From a virus (lineage: Duplodnaviria; Caudoviricetes), in the IMG/VR virus record IMGVR_UViG_3300047160_005625, positions 6,562 through 70,561 of that record: DNA of 64,000 nucleotides; one strand, written 5' to 3'. The notes beneath the pieces are model-generated. The model made no database searches and had not been told where the DNA came from. It saw nothing but the letters and a program-made list of their open reading frames with translations. The position numbers and the translations under genes were made by a program. Positions 28,901 to 37,729 of this stretch are shown here, in pieces (position 1 is the first letter of the stretch; every line of letters begins with the position of its first letter).

Positions 28901-29116
28901 CTTGAAGAGAGTTCCCGGTATTACGGCAGCGATCTCACGACCAACGATCTCTGCCGGATTCACGAGTCCATCGAAGGCGAGTGGAAGGACATGCAACAGG
29001 ACTTCTCTCCGGTGACGCCGCCGCGCATGGCTCGCCTCGGTCGCCTGATGCGCCAGGGCAAGATCCGACCGGAGCAGAATATCGACCGCATTTTGGGAAT
29101 CGAACATTATGGCTAG
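25907..29116 (+). CDS. terL: Terminase large subunit containing an intein
   Basis: Walker A GGKGGGKS, Walker B IAIDE, ASNAGGPG coupling motif, RNase H-like nuclease GGDWGY...D...DLIDAFSY. Confidence 0.9.
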   Translation: MPRLTPTNNPPGFVISQEEAGRLSQDQYEIIGGQSRPWWPWQIRGLTCLCDEIALLGGKGGGKSELMRAWLVSGNPHLSDRDERGNDISWNRTYTEHPYYRGLILRKNEGDLADFIKRAARMWKSLAGEYKNGRFEFPSGAVIDVGHMKDQTAWMKYVGIEYVRIAIDEVGLIKDYSLFEELRSTMRTPYPELRCQIMVASNAGGPGTSWLIERYMKARDTDGNIIPHDNVITEEYMHPFTGEKRFRTRIWMFSTIQDNPIYTKSDYAITLMSLSDPKLRRAYFEGHWDALFGSYFCFKKGTEILTDQGWMDITSVVKGQPVATLSPSMEMSFEPCTMTKSFPFLGEMREFNGKSLRFSVTPNHRMYSRLSGKNEYAMIPVDDLPSSSEYLRAAAIYRGTSPEEIIIKDDSILSKWVKLACIVCGSLYLAKAHRLRHRRRTTCSRPCSYVARVAYRGHKSEFAPTVVGHIDSIDWHRFDPGDWAELLGWYITEGSIERRKGVVIGFTISQYEAVNRAKCQRIATLLRRMGLSFTRDDMRFRVHSTALGKVLAHLGTSRSKYIPREVVNYKKDHLERLFEALMLGDGCPSTNCQGAYEYFTVSKRLADDIQELCARLGRICFIGRRPSKNPKHADGYYLHIRRPGKLTSHVRKTDIVSVPYEGLVACVTVEPYHTVLVRYEGSAMWCGNSDLFRPDGPIKVNNEPPNANHVLKPMLAGTEKRYPIEIKPWHHITMGGDWGYAHEAAFLWARQLPDKRVVIYREFVADHTSPVRLGFEIAQKSLKELEGLPSHSFTLWLSHDAFRNDRGERSTAELIAAGISKVLGPKAVHLPDLMIRNLRESFAMESFNRYTAEQQQEAIDQILLQRRTGITIRIAEKTGVIGWQHCRELMQWESFGEPNTQRDPEFARKLLHENPKAFEAYVESFRDIPVEVRPRLQIYDCCPRLITAIPRALHEDGTENVDKAHFIGKDLIDAFSYLVSGLMDEAPAEPFEAFRERRLEESSRYYGSDLTTNDLCRIHESIEGEWKDMQQDFSPVTPPRMARLGRLMRQGKIRPEQNIDRILGIEHYG
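26795..27970 (+). mobile_element. Intein (392 aa) with LAGLIDADG homing endonuclease
   Basis: Starts CFKKGTEILT, block B VTPNHRM, LAGLIDADG blocks LLGWYITEG and ALMLGDG, ends WCGN|S. Exteins rejoin as WDALFGSYF|SDLF. Confidence 0.92.
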
Positions 29117-29585
29117 CAAACCGACGCACCATATTTTAATTGCCATGGGAATTCCACGACATGAGGCGCCCTCGGGCTTACCACCGTCCACACGCGGCCA
29201 CTTCATGCCCGATCAGGGAGAGCCTGACCAGGACGACATGGCGCCCACTCATGAAGAACCTGACGGGGACGAGGGAATAGATCAGTCCGGCATCCAGGGC
29301 GAACCGGGGACTGGCTACGAAGGGCCGGAGGGCGGCGCGTTCGCATGCGGGAATTGCCAGCACATGGAGCAGGAGGGCACTTGTAATGAGCCGCACATGA
29401 TCAAGCTCTCCCAACAGCCACGGGGTCAGAATGGACATCCCACCGTTGACGCGGGCGGATGTTGCGAATTCGTGAACCGGGGCGGGGCGGGCGGGGAAGA
29501 GGCGGGAGGCCAACCCGCAATGGCTTCCTCCCGCCAACCCCCCGGAATCGCCATCGGAGTGGGAACTTCTCCTAAAGGCCGATGA
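29109..29585 (+). CDS. Acidic low-complexity protein with a four/five-Cys cluster (HiPIP-like spacing)
   Basis: CGNCQH...TC...VDAGGCCEF. Confidence 0.55.
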   Translation: MASKPTHHILIAMGIPRHEAPSGLPPSTRGHFMPDQGEPDQDDMAPTHEEPDGDEGIDQSGIQGEPGTGYEGPEGGAFACGNCQHMEQEGTCNEPHMIKLSQQPRGQNGHPTVDAGGCCEFVNRGGAGGEEAGGQPAMASSRQPPGIAIGVGTSPKGR

Positions 29586-30004
29586 AGAAGTGGCTGAAAC
29601 GATTGCTTTGCGGCGAGGAGTTAGACCGGCTATATAACGAAATCTCCGTCCTCAAGATGACCGTGGACAATTACCAGCGCAATAATCTGGTGCTTCTGGA
29701 GCGGGTGAATACCCCCTGCAAAACGTGCGAGGACTTGCGGCAAGTCGTAAATTTCCACGTGCGGGCGGCAGGATCCAAGGTAGGCATATTCGATGGCTAC
29801 GGACCCGTGATGCCGGAGCCGAAGCCGGTGGAGATCGGCAAGGGAGAGGAAGGCCCCATGCGGGCAGCCCTGAAAGCGCGGCTCAGCAAAAGCGCCTTCA
29901 TACGAGATCAATACCCGCAACTGCTCCGGCAGGATGCCGAATGGGAGCGCAACCTGGAACACATGGCGGAAGAAGCGGCTAAACAACCGGAGGAGAATCC
30001 ATGA
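29582..30004 (+). CDS. Hypothetical coiled-coil protein
   Basis: ATGA overlap; CKTC motif. Confidence 0.6.
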   Translation: MKKWLKRLLCGEELDRLYNEISVLKMTVDNYQRNNLVLLERVNTPCKTCEDLRQVVNFHVRAAGSKVGIFDGYGPVMPEPKPVEIGKGEEGPMRAALKARLSKSAFIRDQYPQLLRQDAEWERNLEHMAEEAAKQPEENP

Positions 30005-30240
30005 CCTTGGAGGAGATCAGAGACCACCTCATTCATCTGAACAAAGACGGGGTTTACCTGCTTTTCGTAGATCCCGAGAAAATCAGCATTCGGGACTTGG
30101 ACAGACACTTAGAATCAACCGCTCCTGAGGATATGCCGAATATCATGATCGTCGCCTCCAAAGATGGGCATACTCCGGTTTACGTAGAGTCCGTGAATTA
30201 CATAAAGGATTGGATTTCCGCAATTGAGGGCGCCGAGTGA
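30001..30240 (+). CDS. Hypothetical protein (79 aa)
   Basis: GGAG RBS; ATGA and GTGA overlaps with its neighbours. Confidence 0.6.
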   Translation: MTLEEIRDHLIHLNKDGVYLLFVDPEKISIRDLDRHLESTAPEDMPNIMIVASKDGHTPVYVESVNYIKDWISAIEGAE

Positions 30241-30806
30241 CTGTACCGGATATCATCGAATACAGGGGCAAGGAGTATAGACGATATCCAGAATCTAAGG
30301 ACTGGCGGACGAGAACGTATTTCAGAAGGCGCTATAGAATAGGCCGCAAAACCGTCAACGAAGATTTACATCGCCTTATCTGGGAAGAGTTTAATGGATC
30401 TATTCCCGCCGGCCATCATATCCACCATATAGACGAGGACCCTTCTAATAATCTCCTTGAGAATCTGGAATGCTTGCCGGGGGCCGAGCATAACAGGCTT
30501 CACGCTCGTGGTTGGGGTAGATCGGAAAAGGGGCGTCAATGGAAACGCGATTGGTGGACCCGTAAGCCCTCTATCCTTCTATCCTGTAAATTGTGCGGCA
30601 CGTCATTTGAAGCCAGAATGTCTGATGCGGAATATTGATCATTCCGGTGCGCTCAGAGGGCCAGACGCGCCTCTGGAAAACTCAATGACAACAGAGTATG
30701 TGTGATCTGTGGTGGACACTTTTACACTTTGAAATACCGACCGACTCAGACTTGTAGCCCTAAATGCCGGGGTACGCTCCAAAGCCAGAACTTCAAGCGA
30801 TCTTAA
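30237..30806 (+). pseudogene. HNH endonuclease with Zn-finger tail, interrupted by in-frame TGA at 30636-30638
   Basis: LHRLIWEEFNG.IP.GHHIHHIDEDPSNN..ENL (HNH). The same frame continues past TGA as SFRC...CVICGG...TCSPKC to TAA 30804-30806, 3 nt before the portal start. Confidence 0.75.
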
Positions 30807-30809
30807 TTT

Positions 30810-33467
30810 GTGACTCCATTTTTGCCTCAACAGCCCCAGGCGGTCGCGCCCCAGGGCGTAAGCAGCGCCATCTCCATGGGAGCGCTGAAGAGAACATTAG
30901 CGCAATTCGTGGCAACCAGCGTGAGAAGCGTAACGGAGGTTGATAAAGCAACGCACAACGCCAAAGTGCGGAGAAATGAACTGTATTACAGGGGCCACCA
31001 AGACCTCATGTATTTAAGCTTCCCCAATGGGCGTGTGGATTTCGTGAGTGCTGCCAGCGCGACCACACCCAATGCTCCCCTTCAGCTTTCCGCGAATGCA
31101 TATTCGGGATTATATGACTACATTTTGAACGTCTATCAGGGGGACGTGGATGCATTTATTGCGGTTATAGGGGCGCGATCACCCAATGGGCAGGCGCAGG
31201 CGCTCGATCCTTCCAATGATGACCAAGTGCGGCTGAAGGCGAAGGCAGACCGGGTGGACGCCTACTTGGATCAACATTGGAATGTCCCACTGCTTCACAA
31301 TCAACTCGTGCGCGGCTTGGCCTTGTACGGGACGATGTTCTCGCATGTGTCCTACAACATTAATCCAAAATATGGGACAACGAAACAGCCGCAATTTAGC
31401 CTTCAACAAGCGCCGCAGGGACCGGCTTTGTATCGGTGCCCTTGGTGCGGGGCAGAAACTCCTGCGGAGCAGGCCAACGCCCTCGGGCCGCAGCCAGGGC
31501 ATCCTCCTGATACTGTCCCATGTTCTCAATGCGGCAGACCACTAGGGCGTGAAAGTCTGGAACAACCCGACTCAATACTGTCGCTGGTCGCAAATGGATA
31601 TCAGGAATTCGAGAATGGCGCGGTGGAATGCCAGATTTATAATCCCGCGCACATTACCACTCCAATGTGGGCGAAAGACTTAGATCATGCGCCATTCTTA
31701 GTGTGTGAAAGTGAGGAGAATAAAGGTTCGATCATTCGAGCGTACCCAGAGTTACGGGCACAGGCATATCTTGATACATACTCCATGGGTATTGACCAGA
31801 TGCTCGCGATGGGGCGTTACACCCGTGAGTTAATCACCTCACCTAGTTCGTATCAGATTCCACGCGTAAAAAACAATTGGCTATTGACTAAGTTGTGGAT
31901 AACACGGGCGGCGATTGAATATCTTCCGGGAGATCAAAACGGGGCTTTGAGGGAGTATCTTAGCGCAACATATCCTGATGGGTTCATGGTTCCATTCGTG
32001 AACGGTGAACCCTTATGTGGGGATGAGCGCAAGGGCTGGCCGAACCGGATTTTAGGCGAAAGGATGACATCAGTATGGACGGCTTGCAAACCTAAGCCGA
32101 GCGAAATGCTGTATTGCGACAGTTATTTCGAGTGCATGATTCAGGCCCAAGACACGATTAATGATTGTGTGTCCATGCTGGTTGAACAAGCGGAGCGTAG
32201 TAATCCATTCGTTATAGCCGATCCAGAGATTTTAAGCCCCACGATGTTGCAACAGTTTCGGTCGGTCCCCGGTGAATTCAAATTTGCCAAACCGGGATCA
32301 GTTGGATCTCTGGATAAAGGCTTCTTTCGCGTTCCCGCAGCAGAGTTGAATAATGTAATTATAGAATTCATCGATAAGTATATTTCGTGGGTTCGTGAGA
32401 TCACCGGAATTTTGCCTAACATCTTCGGGGCGCAACAGGGGGGGCCGCAGCAAACGGCCCGAGAAGCGGAAATCAACCGAAATCAAGCGATGATGCGATT
32501 AAACGTGCCGTGGACGCAGATCCAGCAGTTCTGGGCTACGACTAGGGAAAACGCGATCTATCAGGCTGCGAAATACTCGGGCGGCAAACTTATTTCAACG
32601 AATCAGCAGGGCACGCTTGAAACGATGCAGATCGATGGCATCTGGGAATTGGCGCAGGGCGGCTGGCATATCAGGTGCGAGGAGTCTACTCCATCGAGCA
32701 TCGGTCAGCGGCGGGATTGGGTGATGCACGCGCTCACGATGCCCCCGGAGGTACAGTCGAGTGTTCTGGGCGTTAATAAGCCAGGGAATATTACCAAAAT
32801 TCAGGAGGCTATTGGCATTGCTGATTGGGATACTCCTGGGTTCAAGCAGATTGTCCGGCTCAATATTATTTTGGGCAAGCTGAGCAATGGGCAGCCGACG
32901 CCGGGTCAGCCGGGACCTCCTGGACCGCCCGATCCGATGACGAGGATGCCGGGACCTCCTGGACCTCCGGGGCCGCCGCAGCCATCCATCCAATTCGACG
33001 GGAAACTCTTCGATCCGCAGTTGGCTTTGGAAATCGTGCGCGATTACATTTTGGATGACGCTCGCCAAGATATGGAGATGAGTAATCCGGGAGGCTACGC
33101 GAATATCCAGGCGTACATGGCGCAGATTCAGCAGGCGATTCCGCCGCAGGGACCGCCGCCTCAACCATTGAAGGCGTCTCTCGCAATGAATTTCTCGGAG
33201 TTGGCGCCGGAGGTTCAACAGGCCGTGGCGCAGATGGAGAATATTCCGATTCAGGGATTGCCACCGGGAGCGCCGCTGGCGATTCCGAAGCAGCCGCCTC
33301 CGCGCATGGGTCCAGGAGGTCCAGGAGGACCGCCCCCTGAAGCGCCGGGGCCGCTGAATCCTCCGAACCCGCTGGCGGCTCCGCCCCCTGAGGGGGTTCC
33401 GCCCGCCGATCAGGCCGCGAGGCCGCCGATATCTCCGTTAAGCACACCACCAGGGATGCTTCAGTAA
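30810..33467 (+). CDS. Portal protein (podoviral type) with Zn-ribbon insert and Pro-rich tail
   Basis: 885 aa downstream of TerL; RRNELYYRG..., AQDTIND...L.EQ, EITGI...GAQ..G.QTARE..I.R.QA..RL portal-type motifs; CPWC...CSQC insert. Confidence 0.75.
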   Translation: MTPFLPQQPQAVAPQGVSSAISMGALKRTLAQFVATSVRSVTEVDKATHNAKVRRNELYYRGHQDLMYLSFPNGRVDFVSAASATTPNAPLQLSANAYSGLYDYILNVYQGDVDAFIAVIGARSPNGQAQALDPSNDDQVRLKAKADRVDAYLDQHWNVPLLHNQLVRGLALYGTMFSHVSYNINPKYGTTKQPQFSLQQAPQGPALYRCPWCGAETPAEQANALGPQPGHPPDTVPCSQCGRPLGRESLEQPDSILSLVANGYQEFENGAVECQIYNPAHITTPMWAKDLDHAPFLVCESEENKGSIIRAYPELRAQAYLDTYSMGIDQMLAMGRYTRELITSPSSYQIPRVKNNWLLTKLWITRAAIEYLPGDQNGALREYLSATYPDGFMVPFVNGEPLCGDERKGWPNRILGERMTSVWTACKPKPSEMLYCDSYFECMIQAQDTINDCVSMLVEQAERSNPFVIADPEILSPTMLQQFRSVPGEFKFAKPGSVGSLDKGFFRVPAAELNNVIIEFIDKYISWVREITGILPNIFGAQQGGPQQTAREAEINRNQAMMRLNVPWTQIQQFWATTRENAIYQAAKYSGGKLISTNQQGTLETMQIDGIWELAQGGWHIRCEESTPSSIGQRRDWVMHALTMPPEVQSSVLGVNKPGNITKIQEAIGIADWDTPGFKQIVRLNIILGKLSNGQPTPGQPGPPGPPDPMTRMPGPPGPPGPPQPSIQFDGKLFDPQLALEIVRDYILDDARQDMEMSNPGGYANIQAYMAQIQQAIPPQGPPPQPLKASLAMNFSELAPEVQQAVAQMENIPIQGLPPGAPLAIPKQPPPRMGPGGPGGPPPEAPGPLNPPNPLAAPPPEGVPPADQAARPPISPLSTPPGMLQ

Positions 33468-33503
33468 ACCTTAACTCTTCCCAATTTTCCCTCTGAGGGC
33501 GCC

Positions 33504-36305
33504 ATGAGAAAGCTATTCGTGTTTCTATTCACACTCCCGATGTGGGGGCAAACCGTTCCCGTCTTCGATCCCTTCTCGGGTCAGATTTCGGTGACTTCGA
33601 AGCCCGTTCTCGGAGGAAGCACTTCGCAGGGGTGTAGTCCGGGATCGTCAGCACTTCTGTATTTCAGCGGTGGCTATTACGGCTGCACCAGCCCCGGCGT
33701 GTGGACTCTCTTTGCGGCTGGAACTGCGACCTCGTTCGGCACGCTCTCAGGTGGGTCGAATACGGCAGGTTCCGTTATGTCGGTCGGAGGCACGTCCAGT
33801 TTTACTTATGGGGCAGGTACGGCCCAAGGACCAGCCACAATTAATGCCTCCCATTTGGGCAACAATGCTGCGACCGCTTTTCCCACTCTGTCTTCCAATA
33901 ACGCCTTCACCGGGAGCAATACGTTCAGCGGCACTCAGACTTTCGCGAATGTCAGCGTGAGCGGAACCTGCACCGGCTGCGGAGTGACCAATGTGGCGAG
34001 TACTTTCACCGGGGGTTTGATCTCGGTGGCGGGCAGTCCGATCACCTCGACGGGCACGCTCGCTTTTACGGTGGCGGGAACGAGCGGTGGCATTCCCTAT
34101 TTCAGTTCGGCGACCGCTTGGGCCTCCTCCGCCGCGCTTGCGCTGAATGCGCCGGTCTTAGGCGGCGGCGCGGGCGCGGCTCCCACCACCGGCACGCGGA
34201 GCGGGAACACGACCTCGTTCGTGACGGCGGCTGGGACACTCACCTCCGGGACGTGTGCGCAGTGGGACGGAAACGGGAACATCACGGCTACCGGCACAGC
34301 CTGCGGCTCGGGCGGTGGCGGCATTACCTCTCTCAGCGGTGACGTCTCGGCTCCTGGACCTTCCGGCCCGCAAATGGCCACCATCCAGCCTGGAGTGGTC
34401 ACGCTCGCGAAGATGACCAACTTAGCGGCGAACTCCATCATTGGGAATAATACGGGAGTACCTGCAACGCCCCTCGCATTGACCCCCGCCCAAGTGAGTA
34501 CGTTTCTTGGTCTGGGCACTGCCGCCTCCGCAACCATTGGCACGATCGGAATGACGGTTCCCTACCTGAATGCTTCGCTCACGTTTGCCGGACCCGATGT
34601 CTTTCAGGGTGCAGTCACCATCCAAGGAAGTCTTACGACCAATGTGACAGGCGTTACCCCTTTTCAGTGTCTGCATGTGAACACTGCCGGAGTAATAAGC
34701 GGCCTCGGCGTCGATTGCGGCGCGGCGGGCGGCGCGATCACCCAGTTGAGTGGGGATGTCACGACCGGCACGGGGGGCGGCGTCCAGTCGGCGCCGATTT
34801 CGCTGAATGCAGTTACTTTTGCCAAGATGCAGCAGATTCCGGCCAATACCATCATGGGAAACAACACGGTTTCGACGGCCAACCCTCTTGCTTTAACGAC
34901 GGCTCAAGTAAGCACCTTGCTCAACCTGGGAACGGCTGCCAGTGCAACGATTGGCACAACGGGAATGAATGTCCCGTTACTGAACGGAAACCTGACTTTT
35001 AGCGGGACCGACATCTTCTCCAGCACTCTCGCCGTAAACGGGAGCTTGACGATCAACGTAACCGGCGTTGCGCAGAACTGCCTCCAGGCGAACGCCACGG
35101 GACTCGTCAGCGGCACAGGATCGCCCTGCGGCACTGGCGCTGGCAGCGGCATCACGGGTCTAGTTGGTGATGTGGTAGCTGGACCCAGCGCGAGCGGCAA
35201 TGGCGTCATGGCCACAATTCCGAACAATACGGTCACCTTCGCCAAGATGCAGACCATCGGCGCGAACACGATCATGGGGAACAACTCGGGCGTGAGCGCT
35301 GTACCGACTGCCCTCACTGCTTCTCAAGTCGGCACTCTGCTCGGAGTATTTCCGATTACCTCCACCGGCAATACGTTGACGCTTACCAGTTGCTCTACAG
35401 GACCGAGTTGCAATGTCGATGTTGCGTTCGGCGTGAGCACCCCCGCCTATGGGGCAAGTGGCACGACGACGTGCAACTTTACGAAACCCAATTACACCTG
35501 TCAACCAGTCGTGATGAGCGGCGGCAATACGACGCTAGCCATAACACCCGGCTCCATGACCACGGGCGTCGATTACGTTTTGATTTGGGTTCAAGACGGC
35601 ACCGGAGGCCGAACGGTCACCAATCCCGCGAGCTTCTCCGGCGTATGCACTCCGGGAGCTTGGACCGAAGCGAACGTAGTCATGACGATCCACCTGACCT
35701 GGGACGGAACGACGGCGCATGAAGCTTCGTGCGTAACCAATGCTGCGGCGACGTTCATGGTGGGGCCAGAGCGCGCGGCGTTCACCACGATTGCGGCAAA
35801 CCAGCAGATCTGGACATTCGATAGTGCAAGCCACACGATGGTGGGTTTTGCCAACGCCTCCGCGAATCGCCTGGCGGTTCCGCGTGTAGCGAGCGGAAAT
35901 CAGCTTCAGTGCTCGGACATTTTGAACGTGGCGGCCAGTTGCGGCACGGATGCGACCAATGCGACAAATATCACAGCGGGCACGCTCGCGGCGGCGCGGT
36001 TGCCAGCCTCCGCTATTCAGAGAGTGAATACTACGATTGCCGTCGCACTTCCGACTACGACAGTCAATGCCACCTCTTGCGATGCGGCCGCCACTCAAGG
36101 AACCATTACCGGCTTAGCCACTACCGATGGCGTGGCGCTCTCGCCGAATGCTGATCCAACTGCTATAGCTGGCTACGGCCCTGGCGGACTCTATGTCTGG
36201 TGGTGGGTTACCGCAAACACTATCAACTTCAAGCGATGCAATCCTACCGCGAGCAATATTACAACCGTAGGGGCGCTAACCTTCAACGTGGTGTCTCCCC
36301 GATGA
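33504..36305 (+). CDS. Secreted repeat fibre protein (933 aa)
   Basis: Signal peptide MRKLFVFLFTLPMWG|Q; three repeats of ITxLxGDV...VTxAKM...NxIxGNN..P.ALT..QV..LL; paired Cys. Confidence 0.75.
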   Translation: MRKLFVFLFTLPMWGQTVPVFDPFSGQISVTSKPVLGGSTSQGCSPGSSALLYFSGGYYGCTSPGVWTLFAAGTATSFGTLSGGSNTAGSVMSVGGTSSFTYGAGTAQGPATINASHLGNNAATAFPTLSSNNAFTGSNTFSGTQTFANVSVSGTCTGCGVTNVASTFTGGLISVAGSPITSTGTLAFTVAGTSGGIPYFSSATAWASSAALALNAPVLGGGAGAAPTTGTRSGNTTSFVTAAGTLTSGTCAQWDGNGNITATGTACGSGGGGITSLSGDVSAPGPSGPQMATIQPGVVTLAKMTNLAANSIIGNNTGVPATPLALTPAQVSTFLGLGTAASATIGTIGMTVPYLNASLTFAGPDVFQGAVTIQGSLTTNVTGVTPFQCLHVNTAGVISGLGVDCGAAGGAITQLSGDVTTGTGGGVQSAPISLNAVTFAKMQQIPANTIMGNNTVSTANPLALTTAQVSTLLNLGTAASATIGTTGMNVPLLNGNLTFSGTDIFSSTLAVNGSLTINVTGVAQNCLQANATGLVSGTGSPCGTGAGSGITGLVGDVVAGPSASGNGVMATIPNNTVTFAKMQTIGANTIMGNNSGVSAVPTALTASQVGTLLGVFPITSTGNTLTLTSCSTGPSCNVDVAFGVSTPAYGASGTTTCNFTKPNYTCQPVVMSGGNTTLAITPGSMTTGVDYVLIWVQDGTGGRTVTNPASFSGVCTPGAWTEANVVMTIHLTWDGTTAHEASCVTNAAATFMVGPERAAFTTIAANQQIWTFDSASHTMVGFANASANRLAVPRVASGNQLQCSDILNVAASCGTDATNATNITAGTLAAARLPASAIQRVNTTIAVALPTTTVNATSCDAAATQGTITGLATTDGVALSPNADPTAIAGYGPGGLYVWWWVTANTINFKRCNPTASNITTVGALTFNVVSPR

Positions 36306-37708
36306 AACGAATTATTACGCTCTTACTTTTACGGTCATTGCTGCCGACGCTCGCATGGCCTCAGATTCCTTTAGGCTATTCTGGCACGGGCACCGCGACA
36401 TGGAGCTTCATACAAAAAGGTTTCAACGATACTGATGCAACATGCAGCGCAACCACGACCACGTGCGCTGTAACCATGAATCAGCCGGTGGGCGCGAATC
36501 ACATCTTGATTGTCTGGGTAATGATATATGATCCTGGAGGCTCCCTCCACCTCAACTCCATTTCAGAGGAGTCTACCTCCTTACCGTGTTCTACCTGTTA
36601 CGTAATAAATTCATTCTTCAACCTGGACGTGCGGTACGTCCTCAACACAACCGGGACGGAATCTACAGTCACTTGCGTTTATAGCGCGGCAAGTATGCAA
36701 TACCAGAGTTGCATGGTGGCGGAGTTTGCCTATAGCGGCGGCGCGGTCTCGTTCGATGTGGGAAACAGCGCTAGCAATCTAAGTTGCGGGACGACGTGCG
36801 CGAGTGTTTCGCTCAGCTTGATCGGTGCGAAGGACTTGATTGTTCATGCAGCTGTAAGCGCCGGTGTCAATATTACGGCGATTAGTAGCCCTTATACGAA
36901 TCTATGCAGCGGCACCTGTGGCAATCAGGGTGGAGGCTATCTCCTCAATGCCACTTCCGGATCCACGGCCCCCAATTGGACAGTATCTGCAACGGCAGAT
37001 AACCTTTCGGCGGCGATTGCGATTAAGCCGGGTGGTGGTGGCAGTTGGTCAGTAATCCAATCCAAATTCAATGACAACCATGGCGCCGGAACGGGAGGGG
37101 GTAGTTGCACTGTCCCAGGCACTACCTGCAACGTCACGGTGTCTACAATCGCCCTGCATGACGTGATCATCGCGTTCGCGATTGACTACGGCTCTCAGAC
37201 AACCCTCGTCTCGATATCCGGCGAAACTTCGACGGACTGTACAGCCTGTGATGTCACCACCACTGGCGATAATTCCTCCATCGGAGTTCGCTACGTTCTC
37301 AACGCCACTGGCGGGGAAACGAGCTTTACCTGTACCTTGGGAGCCAGTTCTACCTACGTTAGTTGCGGGATTATTGTATTGCGGTGGTCGGGGGCGACTC
37401 CCACTTACGATACTGGCGGCAATGTTGGCATGGCGACTTGCACCACTTGCACAGGCCCCACCCTAACGCTTTGCGGGGGTAGTTGTACTGGAACTCCAGA
37501 TGCCCTTGTGAACATCATAAATCCAGACCTTACTGGCCCGAGCGGTGGAGTGAGCGGAACTGGATGGGTGGACGCCTTAAATGGAAGCACGTGTTGCAGC
37601 GGTATGGCGGCAGCCACCAAGATCAACACCAGTTCAGGAGCGCCCGCCTCTTGGCCTCTCTCTAGTGGTAACGCGATGTTGAGCGGCATCGCTCTAAAAG
37701 GGAATTAA
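36302..37708 (+). CDS. Secreted Cys-rich two-domain beta protein (468 aa)
   Basis: ATG 36302 overlaps the upstream TGA; signal peptide MKRIITLLLLRSLLPTLAWP|Q; duplicated WSxIQxxFND...C...TC.VT module. Confidence 0.7.
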   Translation: MKRIITLLLLRSLLPTLAWPQIPLGYSGTGTATWSFIQKGFNDTDATCSATTTTCAVTMNQPVGANHILIVWVMIYDPGGSLHLNSISEESTSLPCSTCYVINSFFNLDVRYVLNTTGTESTVTCVYSAASMQYQSCMVAEFAYSGGAVSFDVGNSASNLSCGTTCASVSLSLIGAKDLIVHAAVSAGVNITAISSPYTNLCSGTCGNQGGGYLLNATSGSTAPNWTVSATADNLSAAIAIKPGGGGSWSVIQSKFNDNHGAGTGGGSCTVPGTTCNVTVSTIALHDVIIAFAIDYGSQTTLVSISGETSTDCTACDVTTTGDNSSIGVRYVLNATGGETSFTCTLGASSTYVSCGIIVLRWSGATPTYDTGGNVGMATCTTCTGPTLTLCGGSCTGTPDALVNIINPDLTGPSGGVSGTGWVDALNGSTCCSGMAAATKINTSSGAPASWPLSSGNAMLSGIALKGN

Positions 37709-37729
37709 AAACTACCAACTGAGGCGATT

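Noticed and set aside
30636-30638. Genome-wide TGA or TAG reassignment
   Set aside because: Many genes end in TGA or TAG with ATGA-coupled neighbours, and coding density is high under the standard code.
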